Part shown: positions 40,475 to 51,680 of the stretch, piece after piece | How the letters are laid out: the number at the start of each line of letters is the position of its first letter | How positions within the stretch are numbered: position 1 is the first letter of the stretch | NCBI GenBank assembly: GCA_910592345.1 | Contig: CAJVPI010000120.1 | Span: 1 to 51,680, forward strand | Source: Paraglomus brasilianum | Lineage: Eukaryota | Reading direction: 5' to 3' | Length of the DNA: 51,680 nucleotides | Translations under genes and position numbers: made by a program | The notes under the pieces: model-generated | Told to the model about the DNA's origin: nothing | Database searches by the model: none | What the model saw: only the letters and a program-made list of their open reading frames with translations

Positions 40475-43400
40475 CTACAATGTAAAACCCTGATTCATCT
40501 GTCCAGTATTGCCAATACTAACAAGACTTGCTACCCGTTTAGCATGTATTGGAGACTTTTCCAAGTAATTAGAATAGCTATCAATATTCCCTTTGATCAA
40601 TTTTCGTAATTCTTTGACATCAGCTTCATAGTATCTGCAAAATGATGGGTATTAGCAGCGTATCAATAAAAACAGATGGAATAGGTTTCATATACTTACA
40701 CAGTATCGGGAAACCAGCATTTGTTTCGTCTTTGTGACGGGAACATATAAAACAACTCAATTTCTGCTAAAACCTATAGGCATTAATTTAGACGTTATAA
40801 ATTTGATTCCGAAAAATTATATTGAAAAAAAATGTCATTTGCAAACTCACCTCAGCTTTCTGAGCCAAGTATGATCCTCGTTCATGATAAAGATCAATAG
40901 CATTACTCAATAAACCGATGAAAAGATTCAAAAGATAAATGACCGTGAAAAAAGAGAATGATACAATGAGTAGTGCGAGCGTTGGATTGCCTTTAATATT
41001 CCAACCAGAGAATGAACTCAAATCTCCTATAAGATAGGGTAAAACATTATTTGTTATCATATTTTTTTGACGGAACGAGCATACAAATAAATAATGATCA
41101 AATTCATACCCGTGAGAACCATATAAGTACCCCAGAGAGCTGTACTAAAGTGGGAATATACGTTCGTATTGTCACCTGGTGTCTCTAAAAAGGCGGATTG
41201 AGAGTTAATGCTCCCGTCGTTGTTCACAGTGTTGAATGTCGCAGTCAGTTTCCATGGATTATTTGGGTCATTATCATTAAGACTTGGTGGTGTGTCCACT
41301 GATGCTCCTGGCTGTGGTTTCAGCAATATAAAGAATGCGTGTGCAAACCCAAGGATCATTATTCCAAGTACAATCAAGAAAGAAAATACTTGTTGTGCCA
41401 CACCAATCATTATTGCAATATAGATCCCAAAATATTCAAAGGGTCTAAGCAAGACAAGTAACTTGGTCCACAGAAGCAAAGCAGCTATCGGTGACACCCA
41501 TTCTGGAGCTGTAACATTGCACAACAAGTAGAACGTAGTGACCAAAGGCAAACCATATGCTCCACAGTCTTGTAATAATAAGTGTACACTTGTCAATGTT
41601 ATGAATCATATAGTAACAAACTGCTTTATGACAATGACTTACCAATCCAATTCCAAAGTGATGTAATATATCTGCTTGGGCTCCATATAAACTGCCTTAG
41701 CTCAAAGTGAATATGCCAACAACCAATTACAACTGTTGTATATAAAAGACGTCTTCTATGATCATCTTGTATGAATTCTTCAGTATGACTCACTACGAAT
41801 GAAAAGCAAAAAAAGTACAAAATAAAAGCAAATCCTATAAACTTGTAATACATTGAACCAAAGGTTTTCCATTTGAAATTGATTATGGCTTCGCCATCCC
41901 ATGTTTGATAAAACACTGATTTGTTGTTTGATGTACCAGTAACAAAGGGACTTGAAACTGGAAAAATAGCATCCTGCCAAAAAGAATAGTTCTCGGGGTA
42001 GGTGCAGTATTTAGGTAAAGGTACTATAAACGTTAAAGTTGATCTTCTTGTTCCATGTATGAAGTATTTATGAGCGGTAAGATAGGGCTTATACAAAACG
42101 TGAGATGTAGTCTTCAGAACAGCCAAGATTCTAAAGAATTTTCGCACCCAGAAAATTCTGAACCTTGACATTTCTTTGATATCATCTTCCAGCAATTCCA
42201 ATCGTAATCGTAGATTGACTGAACAAGTCAGGGCGTTCTGGCTGTGAAACTTACTAGTGAACGCATACAAGTGACTTGGGGTAATGGGTAATCGATTGAC
42301 AAATTCGCAGTTTGGATCTAGTACCAACATGGATTTTGGAAATAAACTAAATACCATGTCAGAAAATAGTTCACTTATTTGTGGAAGTGACGGAGTTATA
42401 ACTCCCATGTATGCAATATGTGTAATTGAGTAAGTATAAAGTTGACAAAAACAAGCCTCAAGTATATTCTCAACCATGATCCCATCGTTCAGAACGATGA
42501 TACTGCACAAAATTTCCTTTCCATAAAAAACAAGATTTGTAGAATTTGTCATTCTTTTATACAGAACGTCAAAGGCTCGTTGACAGTCCGGAGATCGTGC
42601 CTCGAGTGTTTTCTGCACGTGCCACCAGATGGTCTTTGTGCTTGGTGGAGGCCAAAACACACTATCGAATTTCTGCAGAATCCTCTCGGCAACTTCATCC
42701 GCCACAAGACACACATCCATGCCGTAGCCGATATCGTCGTCCCAGAAATATCTCATGTGGATGATTTCATCTGACAAATAGAAAATGCATACTCCTCTAT
42801 CACATAAAATAGCCAAATCATCATTACTCAAAATTGTACAACTCCTAGTAGACCCAAAATATTTTAGAGCGTGAACGCTGGCGGGATATTTGTCTGTTTT
42901 ATTTTGATACGCACTAATCCCAGAATTAGCTGTAACATGCCAGCTTCTTTTTAATCCCTCCAGTCTTCTACCTTTTCTGTCGAGTGGTTCTAATTTCGCA
43001 TCTTCATGAGCAAGTGCCCTTATCATAGTCGCGCTAGGGATAACAGTCAGAAGTGATTTTTGGATTTTTTGGAAACTTTGTTGGATAATCGGTATACTTA
43101 GAGGCTGTCCATTGTCAATTACGACCAGAACATGACCATTAAGAACGAAATTTAGCCCCGGTTTCCAGCTGCCTAAAAGAATGTGTTCACTGAGATCAAT
43201 AGTTTCCAGTGGATTGCCTTTATTTTTACTTTCAACTGCCTCTGTTTGTTTTTCCGACTCATCGAAAGGATCCCATAAAATTGCCGTTCCCATATCCGTA
43301 ATCATTACGAGAATACAACAATCTTCGTCTCTTATAAAATCCACAGCCACTATTTGTTCACCATTCCTTGTCGTAACATAGGTGGTGTTGAGAGGCATTT

Positions 43401-44324
43401 CAGTCTTGATCCAATATACAGTCAGCTTCTGAGAATTGGGCTTTCCAGTCACCAAAGCAGACAACAAGTTGGATGGATCCACAGCAAACAAGAATTTCGT
43501 TACATCGTTCATCAAATCTACATGTGTAACTGAAATATCATCACAAAAATATTGTACTTCAAGCTTAGAAGTATAAATATCCCATTGAGTCAAATGGCCA
43601 TCATATTGGCATACCAACTTGTCTTTGATGATAAAGTATCTAAACCGTTCACGTGACCTATCCTTGACGTGTTTGTATTCTGTTTCGTGAGTCCAGTCGA
43701 GTAAGCTTGCGTTCCTTCGCTCCCATTTGCGATTTTTATCCTTAAAACGATAGAATCCCACATCATCCTTGTACATTGCCGCAACGACTACAAGCTCGCC
43801 AGAGGAAAGAAATGCTTCACGATAGCTAGGACGTATCCGCAAAACGTAATCCGGCAGTTTCATGAATGGCTCCTGTGTTGAGAGATTTTCGGATGGATCA
43901 CACGGATAATAGACTAAGTAGTTTATATGAGAATTACCTTAGATATGCGAATATCGTTAACGAAATACCAACTCAAATTAGCATCCTTACCACTATTAAA
44001 CATGAAAGATTGTTTGTCAGAAACAAGTAATTCTGGAAGAACACCTTTCTCGGTAGCTACTGTAGTCTCAAAAAGTTTAACTATACGTTCCTTTCCATCC
44101 TCAATTGACCATATAACAACGGATTCTGATTCTGCACTGTAAGTCGCAATGCAACTTCCAAGCGGAGATATGGCACATTTGATAATCGGGCATCCACTAT
44201 GTGCGGTAGTATCTTTTAGCGGCGTGACCGGATCCATTGAATATAAAATGGGATCGCCTACAACCTCCTTCTTAACCTCGGGAACATCCTCTATGATTAT
44301 AGTTTCATGGGCGGGAGTACTCAT
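40475..44324 (-). CDS. TRP-like ion channel with N-terminal WD40-like region, ~6 exons
   Basis: N-terminal CAISPLGSCIATYSAESESVVIWSI. WDGEAIINFKWKTFG precedes six hydrophobic segments (FELRQFIW, SLWNWID, LLWTKLLVLLR, ILGFAHAFFILL, IYLLNLFIGLLSNAI), followed by QKAEVLAEIELFYM. Exon 1 is 44324-43991; large exon 43913-41643. Confidence 0.85.
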
Positions 44325-45297
44325 TCCTGGTTTTCTCGTCTCTTTTAGAGTGACGGAAAATGTGTCAACGGAATTCAATTATCGAAGAGTGTCGAAGCAA
44401 CGTACACCCACTATGCATTCTCTCTCACGGGCTAAAGTATGCATTTTATAAAACTTGATCTTTAAGTATGTAGCATTCTGCAATGTGTAACCGTGATTTA
44501 TTTTAAACCATGCGTGTTCAGCGAAACAACGATAAGGCAAAAAAAAGGGTCACAGAGTCACAGCAGACTTTGATAATAACGAATATTGAGTTAGGGAATT
44601 TTCTAATTGTGTATCAAAACAAATAACACAGACACAATATGACGCAAGGAGTTTGTGTGCATTCCCTACAGAAAGTAAGTAAAGCAAAAAGGCTTGGCAT
44701 TAAACAATTCGTCGTTGGAAAGTCGCATTATGCGTTGATTGGATGGGTCGAGTAGAGGGTGTAACTAACGAAATATGCGGAGAAGACCGGGATGGAGGTT
44801 CGATACCTAAAAGTATCGATTGCATACGTATATGTGACGTCAACATAACTTCGTCTGGTAAGGCTACTCACAACAATGTTAGCGCGATGCCCTCAATGCA
44901 AGACACCGTACCAATAGTCAACAAGGTCAACAAGAAGCTTGTTTGTCCACTGGAATTTACGCGGGTGTCTAATTCGTTATTGTTGCAGACGATTTGAAGC
45001 CTGTAGTCGATAATATGTCGTCGGTATGGTATAATTATTTGTGGGTTAATAATTACAGTTTATAGTCATCCTCTCTATAAGCACATCCTCTCTTATAAGC
45101 TTGAGAACCGATTCTAGAAAAAACCTTTATATTTACGTAGTCACAACCTATTTTATGGAACTTTATAAGCATTGTCAATTCGTGGGCGTTTGTAACACAA
45201 AAGATTTGCATACAGGAAATCATCCAATCAGCTCGGCTTTCCGTTTGATAGTTATCGGTTTTGCATTAGTTAGACACAAAGAATTTGACGTGACGAT

Positions 45298-46989
45298 ATG
45301 GTGAGAGAAGATTATTTTATTGTCTTTTTGTTAGCCCTATAACAGTAAAGCGCTTGTCTTCTAAGTCGATATTGACTACAATAGAGTGTACAATTTTATT
45401 CACGCTTGGAAACCAAAGAAGGTTTGTTCTATTACTATCAATTGTTGCTATTAACAGATAGGAACTCTAAAAATGCCTTATTGATATAGCTCACGAGGAT
45501 GCTATATACAGTGTAAAATTCTCGCCTATTGGAAACGTTTTAGTAACGGGATCTCTCGATACGCAAGTTAAGATATGGTCAGCTGACTAACCAAGAAACA
45601 GCCCTATACTGTAATTCATGTGCTCGATTATGAATCAAGTATACTAAAATATTCGATCAGGGATGCTGAGACGGGCGAACTTAAACACGAATTGGACGAC
45701 CATTCATTGGGTATTTTGTCTGTCGATGTTCATCCAGATGGAGATTGTAAGGCAATTTATTTAACAATATTTGAATGTCGACTACAACATATAACTCAAC
45801 GCTTTTCATATGATTTCAGTGGCTGCTTCGACATCTATTGATTCTACAATTAGGATCTGGGACTTGAGCGATGGTTCATGTATGAAGAAAGTGACTACTG
45901 ACCCACGCAAGTAAAATGGCGCCTAGTTTTTGCAAAGAGATAAAATCTTTCATAAAGAATATATTCCACTAAAACGCGAACGGATGATCATTTAGTGAAA
46001 ATATGGACTGGCCAATATTCCCCGGATGGAAAGTATTATGTTACAGCCAATCCTTTTGGAAAAGTCTCGCTCAGGAAGACTGAAGACTATGAAGTGTATA
46101 CTGAATACGACACCAAGGAAACCGAGAACAGGAAAAACTTCCCAATGTGCCTTCGTTTTGTATCCTTTGGCTTGGAGATTTGAAATACGTACATAATCCG
46201 AGTATATCTCCTTGATCACCAGAAATACTCGTCGTAGAGTCCTAATGGCAAATATATTGCTGTTAGCACCGAGAATGCTCTAATACATGTGCTTGATACG
46301 GAAACTGGCAAAAAGGTTCACGAGTTTACAGGTAAGCGAGCATGCCTTTTGGCATTACGAATGCCTTCAAAACCATATATGAAGCCATATCTGAGTTTTT
46401 TGATAGGTCATGCAGGCTGTATACGATCGGTCGATTTCTCGAATGACTCTTCCTTGCTAATCTCTGGATCTGACGATAAGACAATGAACATTTACGATGT
46501 GTAAATATAAAGTTGTTAGTTGTGTCATTTCGTTAAATGCATCCCGTTTTGCTTATCCATAAATAATCGTAATTACAGTAATCAGGGAAATAGAATAGCA
46601 AAGTTAAAGCATGAAGATTGGGTTGTCTCCGTCGCTGCGTCTCATAAAGAATCCGGATTTGTAGCGACTGGGTGAGCTGGATTACTGTCATAAATTTAGC
46701 TGCTGATTCTGTACTAGAACACAAGAAATGTACTCTACCTCTTTTGACAGGGGTTGCGAGGGTCACATTAAACTATGGGACTTGGGGGCTCGCGCATCTG
46801 TTTGCACGCTCGCGAATGATAATGAAGAGCCGGTAATTACAAAAGAGTCAATGGTATTTGTGTTGATTTTCACACTGTTGTTAACACATGTTTTGTCTAT
46901 AGGTTTGGAGCATATCCTGGAATGCTGAAGGAAATACATTTGTTGCTGGATTTGATGACGGGTCACTAAGGGGATGGTGTTCTGCTTAA
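45298..46989 (+). CDS. SKI8: WD40 protein Ski8/Rec14/WDR61
   Basis: M-SVQFYSRLETKEAHEDAIYSV, LVTGSLDTQVKIW, HSLGILSVDV, ASTSIDSTIRIWDL, GHAGCIRSVDFS...SGSDDKTMNIYDV, HEDWVVSV, IKLWDLG, consistent with the WDR61 repeat pattern. Confidence 0.8.
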
Positions 46990-47271
46990 TATTCGTGGGC
47001 CAATTAACTGTAAATGAAGAGCCGGAATATTTCAAAAAAAAAAAAAAAAAAAAATACACAATACATCGGATCGCGCGAACGCAGATATTTGATGCGTGCT
47101 AGTTTCAAGCGTCGAATTTCTTGCCCAACTATTAAACTATTTTTCGTACGCTTAGAAAGTCTATACATTATTCAGGGTATTATTTTTTTTTCCTAATAAC
47201 GATAAAAGCAACAATCCCAACAATGTGTGATATTCTGTCGTGGAATTGCTTTCAAAAGTCCCTCTCACTTG

Positions 47272-48974
47272 CTATTCATTGTCCGCGCTCTGGTAATCTT
47301 TCTCTTGACTAGTATCATCAACACGCTCCTCTTCTTCTTCCACCTCTTCCTCTTCCACCTCTTCCTCTTCCACCTCTTCCACCTCTTCCTCTTCCATTTC
47401 TACCACTTTGTCATCAAACCTCCGAATTTTGTTAACTTCCTCGCCACACCTTAAACATCTCCACATACCACCGTCCAGAATTAACTTACTTTTTATGCAA
47501 TAATAACAATATACATGTCCACAATTTGTCTCGTAAGGATTGTTAACCCTTGTGGAACTACTCGAGATCGAAACACCAGCCGACGCAGCATAACTCGACT
47601 GATTCTCATGACATATAGCGCAAATATGGGAAGGAAGGAATGCGAGCGTATGAGATTTTATGTACGACTCGGGAATTAGATTACGAGTGATTTTGTTTTT
47701 GAGTTTACGGAGGTTGATAAGCGGTACCAGAAAGAGAAGAAATTCCTGAAATTAATATTTAAATGTTATACGTTTGTGTTCAAAGGCCGATAAATCAGTA
47801 ATGTCACGCACCGTGAAAGTATGCCATATTAGTTGTCTATTCAGGAATTCGAAACTGATTTGTCTGTTCATAACCCGTCGAGCATAAACCAAACGCATCG
47901 AAAGCATGCGTTCAACTAGAGTGCGATAGCTGGGATAAATGACTAAAGTAATAAGCGGCATATACTTGAGACAAAAGATTGTATCGATTCTCTCCTCCAC
48001 ACTTACCGGCCGTCATACAAAAAAACTAGAAAGTTAATCAAGGCCGATGTATAATACAGATGTTCTAACTTTTGTAGTGATTTCCAGAAGATCTTGCGTG
48101 GATCATTCTTTGATTTTACAATCGAATAAATAATTTGAATTGTATGAGAACAAGAGTATGTCAAAGACACTTGTTTTGCACGATTCTTGCAAGATTAAAT
48201 TACAAACCTCAGCCAAGTCACCCCAGGAAAAAGCCGTAACTAGTCTATTGACTTTCGCCCACACATACTGTCCACCGATTGTAAACAATCCGAATAGTAC
48301 TCGCCGCATTTTTGATAGTGGTGCATCATTTGCTGTTGATTGAACTGAAAGACAAAATGTACTATAGTAGAGTAGATGAACCCAAGCAATATGCAATTCA
48401 TTACTGAAGAAACTCACGTCCTCCACTGTGCATTTTCTCGTTCCGGTATTTCAAGTTTTGGAGCTGGGCTCCAAAGCTAGCTCCAGTTTCATAAATCGAA
48501 AACCGATAGAGAATAAATTGCATTATTGCCATTAGTTCCAGTTCATATCTCTTATAATAGGGCTGATACACATAAAGTAGCAGAGAAATTCATCACATAA
48601 TCAAATGGTGAAACTATAAATGATCAAAAGAACCAACTGCATTTCTCGTATCGTAAGAATATGCCTACATCAAGCAGTGAGAATGCTTGCCATAATTGTT
48701 CCTTAAGCATTGCAAACAGCTCTGTATCCAATAAATCAGCATCCAGTTGACTGACGCGCAGTATACGGAGAGGAGGAGATGGGAACGACGCTAGTGAGCG
48801 TCGAATAGATGATAATGTATTCTGTGCACGTATCCAGTCATTCTTCCAGAAGGCTGATTCTGATTCTGATGCTGATGCCACATTATTGTTTTGTACGAGT
48901 ATGGCATTTTCTGGCTGGGCATTATTAACGGTCGCCGGCTTTTGTTCTGTGGTTTTTGTTGATGCCGCTGACAT
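47272..48974 (-). CDS. PEX2: Peroxin Pex2 (Pex2/Pex12 domain plus RING), acidic EEEEV-repeat tail
   Basis: Motifs LRVSQLDADLLDTEL, ASFGAQLQNLKY, YRTLVERML, ISFEFLNRQLIWHTFTEFLLFL. RING CAIC...CGHVYCYYC...WRCLRC. Confidence 0.95.
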
Positions 48975-50924
48975 TTTGTGTGAGAGGTTGAGGTGCTCGA
49001 TATTCTGATCTATTTAACAATTTCATTGTAGGACTTACCATTTCGGTCAAGGCATCAACAGTGTAACGTCGAATTATACGCTTCTCTGAAAATGCATCCC
49101 ATTAATTTTTTTGCCCACAGGTTTCCGATGGGGTTATTTGGATGGCTAGCCAGTAGTCCAATTCCGGATTTATTGTCTTGTTTTGACACGCCATACATAC
49201 GTTCTGGAATACCTTTCGTAGGTGTTATTAACAAACCTTCTTGCCATACATACAGTATGTTGGGCAGCAGGCCATAGTTATGTCTACAATATACATTATT
49301 TACATAAAATGCTCATCTATAAGGCATTTTCCCAGCGCACATTTGCTATCCAAGCGACACGAGCGACGCTTTGTGTACCCTTATAATAATGCCCGTTATC
49401 ATTCTTATGCTCAACAAGTTCCTGTTTTTTACAACAGCGTATTGGTTTTTTGATGTATTTCCTATAGGGTCAAGCCACGGGTATAAGGACTCCCTTTAAA
49501 GACGCGTTATAATTTATACACTCTTCGACTAAAGTTCTGAACGGAATTGTCTATTGTTTGGGTGGCTAAAATAAGCCGCCCAAGTATCAGATCAGACTGG
49601 AAAGAATAATTCAATTATCGGTGCAACACTTTGCTATACTTAGTACAGCGTTTATATGTCAGCTAATTTTTGAGAATACCACCCGGTAGCTGTTTAATTA
49701 GGTATTTAATTGCGCGCTTAATATTAACCTATACATAAATTCTCTACCAACAAAAATTTAATAATCGTTGAATCGGAGAATTTAAACTTTTTTTTTTGAC
49801 GCTAACTTTGATTTGGTATTTTGACATGTCATTATTCCGTCACGCGCTACTATTTATTTCATACGTTATTATTAAGGATATGAATCTACATCGTGTCGCT
49901 TTCCGCTATCCGTATCAATATCTTTAACGTCTTTGCTTATTCGATAATCCGAATCGTATCGACTTTAGAAATAACTGTTATTTAGATTTAAAAAATCATA
50001 AATTTGCAATTTCTAACGTAATATCAATAATTTTGTCGATAGAATTTTGGTCATATTTATAATCAAGCATTTGACACACGCCATGTCTAATTTTTAGGAA
50101 CATCTAATTGTCGGATTATGGGCGGGACAAGAAAGTGTTGTATTCCACCTCAATTGTAGGGAGGTAGTCACGATCGGTATAGGTTATGCTTAATGACGGT
50201 GGTGTTTTAGGCAGCGAGTTGCATTGCTTTCTCATACGTTATTGTAGTTAAGATTGGCAGTCGATCCATCCGGTGTTTCGCGACCCCCATATCAACCACG
50301 TAAAGAGAAGCCTACAGTAACTTCGGATCAACTATTAAATAATCCGTTTAATTCTAATGTATGCTAATATGTAATTTGTAAATATGTTATTATAGGGTTA
50401 TTACACGCTTAACTGCTAATCTCCGATTCTGCCAGCTCAAAGCAATGTGTTTAGTGCGAAAAAATATCAACATGCTTAATATCGAGTTTGGATTGTAGAT
50501 TACAAAGATTTACTATTATTATAAATTTCGGATGGTAAATCTCAGGGCCAGCAATTCGAATTAAGAGTATTCGCATTAATGAGGTCGACTATTCAGGGTA
50601 ATGCGTGTGCTTCCGTTCGTTTGTTAGATAGCGTAGGAGTAGTCGTTCTTGTAGGCGGAGGGGTTGATCTTTGAGAAAGATCTAGACCGTTGCTTTCTCT
50701 CCTGTCTTCTTTGATTTTTGCTTTAACAACCTCAAAGTCATCATCACGATGCTGCCGTTTGTTTGACTTCCTTGACAGCAAAGCATGACTTTTCATAGGC
50801 GTTGGCAATTTCTCCATTCTTTCTTTGCTTTGACTTGTGGATTGCAAGAAATGTATTGACATAAAATTGTGCCGCGTCTCAGATAAAACTATCTTTGACA
50901 TTGATTAATCCTCAGAGGTTGTAG

Positions 50925-51060
50925 GGCAATCGGTAATATAAGGATTCTCGTCGCGTAATCAAAATTTGACTGCCACAAGAATTACATGCACAAGACCACT
51001 TTCAACATTCTTCAATCATAATAATAATAAGAAATCTTTGTCGGAAAGCTTTCTCCATTG
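50925..51060 (-). pseudogene. Possible protein-kinase pseudogene fragment
   Basis: ESGLVH...QILI...NPYITD resembles a decayed catalytic loop (IHxxGLVHRDLHSGNIL...YITDxG). Broken frames. Confidence 0.3.
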
Positions 51061-51680
51061 ATATGTCAACCACTCAACTGAGTCATGATATGGGTGATTC
51101 TAGTACTACTATTACTAATAACAACCCAATGTAGTAGCATATACGATCGGCCGTGAAGTCAGACATACAGAAATGACGCTGAGTTAAACGTGGTTCTCTG
51201 ACAAAAATTAACGGTAATACGGATGCGTCCGCAGGCCCATCAATAGCAAAAAATGCATATTATACTGAGCTAAAGAAAGTGATTAGGTGAACAGTAGATG
51301 CTACAGGGCTTGACTACCAACAACGAACGTTCAGGCATATGAATTCTGTCTCGTTTATGATTTATTATTAAACTTAACTGGAATAATGAATCAGGAATGG
51401 TTTGTTGTTGGCTGGACCCATGCCATGCTCCTTATTATACTCTCGTGGTTAAGTTACGTTTTAACTTTCGTCAGCGATACACTTCCCGGGGGAAAAGTAT
51501 GCCGGTCGGAATTTTTTATGTAACAATAATAAAAGAAATTTACAGTGGATACCAAAAAGTTTGTGAATTTTTCACATGATCACCCTAAATCCGAATAAGC
51601 ACGAAAATTCTGATCATAGACAAAATCGTATGTAAGCATGCTATTCTTACCAAATTTGACATAGGCATAGTCCATTAACC

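Noticed and set aside
45054..45100. CATCCTCTCTATAAGC tandem as a pogo-type TIR
   Set aside because: It resembles the sub-repeat style at 740, but no matching opposite end was found.
50593..50901. 102-aa minus-strand ORF as a standalone gene
   Set aside because: Low-complexity, no domain; at most the tail of a decayed kinase-like pseudogene.

Overview
AT-rich, intron-dense eukaryotic DNA, most consistent with an arbuscular mycorrhizal fungus or close relative (Glomeromycota/Mucoromycota). That assignment is inferred from a BTB-BACK(-TLDc)-type fragment, a WD40-fused TRP-like channel and lineage-typical hypothetical gene fragments. Conserved spliced genes, in order: mitoribosomal mS45/Bot1 (+), NADP-isocitrate dehydrogenase (-), serine palmitoyltransferase LCB2 (+), an RBR E3 ligase (+), a DUF1295 membrane protein (+), VPS53 (-), a GPAT/DHAPAT-family acyltransferase ending in PTS1 (+), a SAP30 Sin3-binding-domain protein (-), a TRP-like channel (-), SKI8/WDR61 (+) and PEX2 (-). 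Between them are decayed DNA transposons (pogo/Tigger with nested inserts, Tc1, mariner, MITEs) and pseudogenes (SDR, possibly a kinase). Most notable observations: (i) a hidden upstream exon gives the IDH a mitochondrial presequence, while an in-frame ATG inside that intron would give a presequence-less isoform; (ii) the RBR ligase ends in a CaaX box (CILL) and carries an 8x RKVNET repeat; (iii) the DHAPAT-like enzyme has a peroxisomal signal; (iv) a GC-rich, apparently frameshifted orphan coding island at about 36.0-36.45 kb may be of viral or other foreign origin. I found no CRISPR array, rRNA or tRNA, and no clearly novel multi-gene system. All family assignments come from motif recognition, not database searches.
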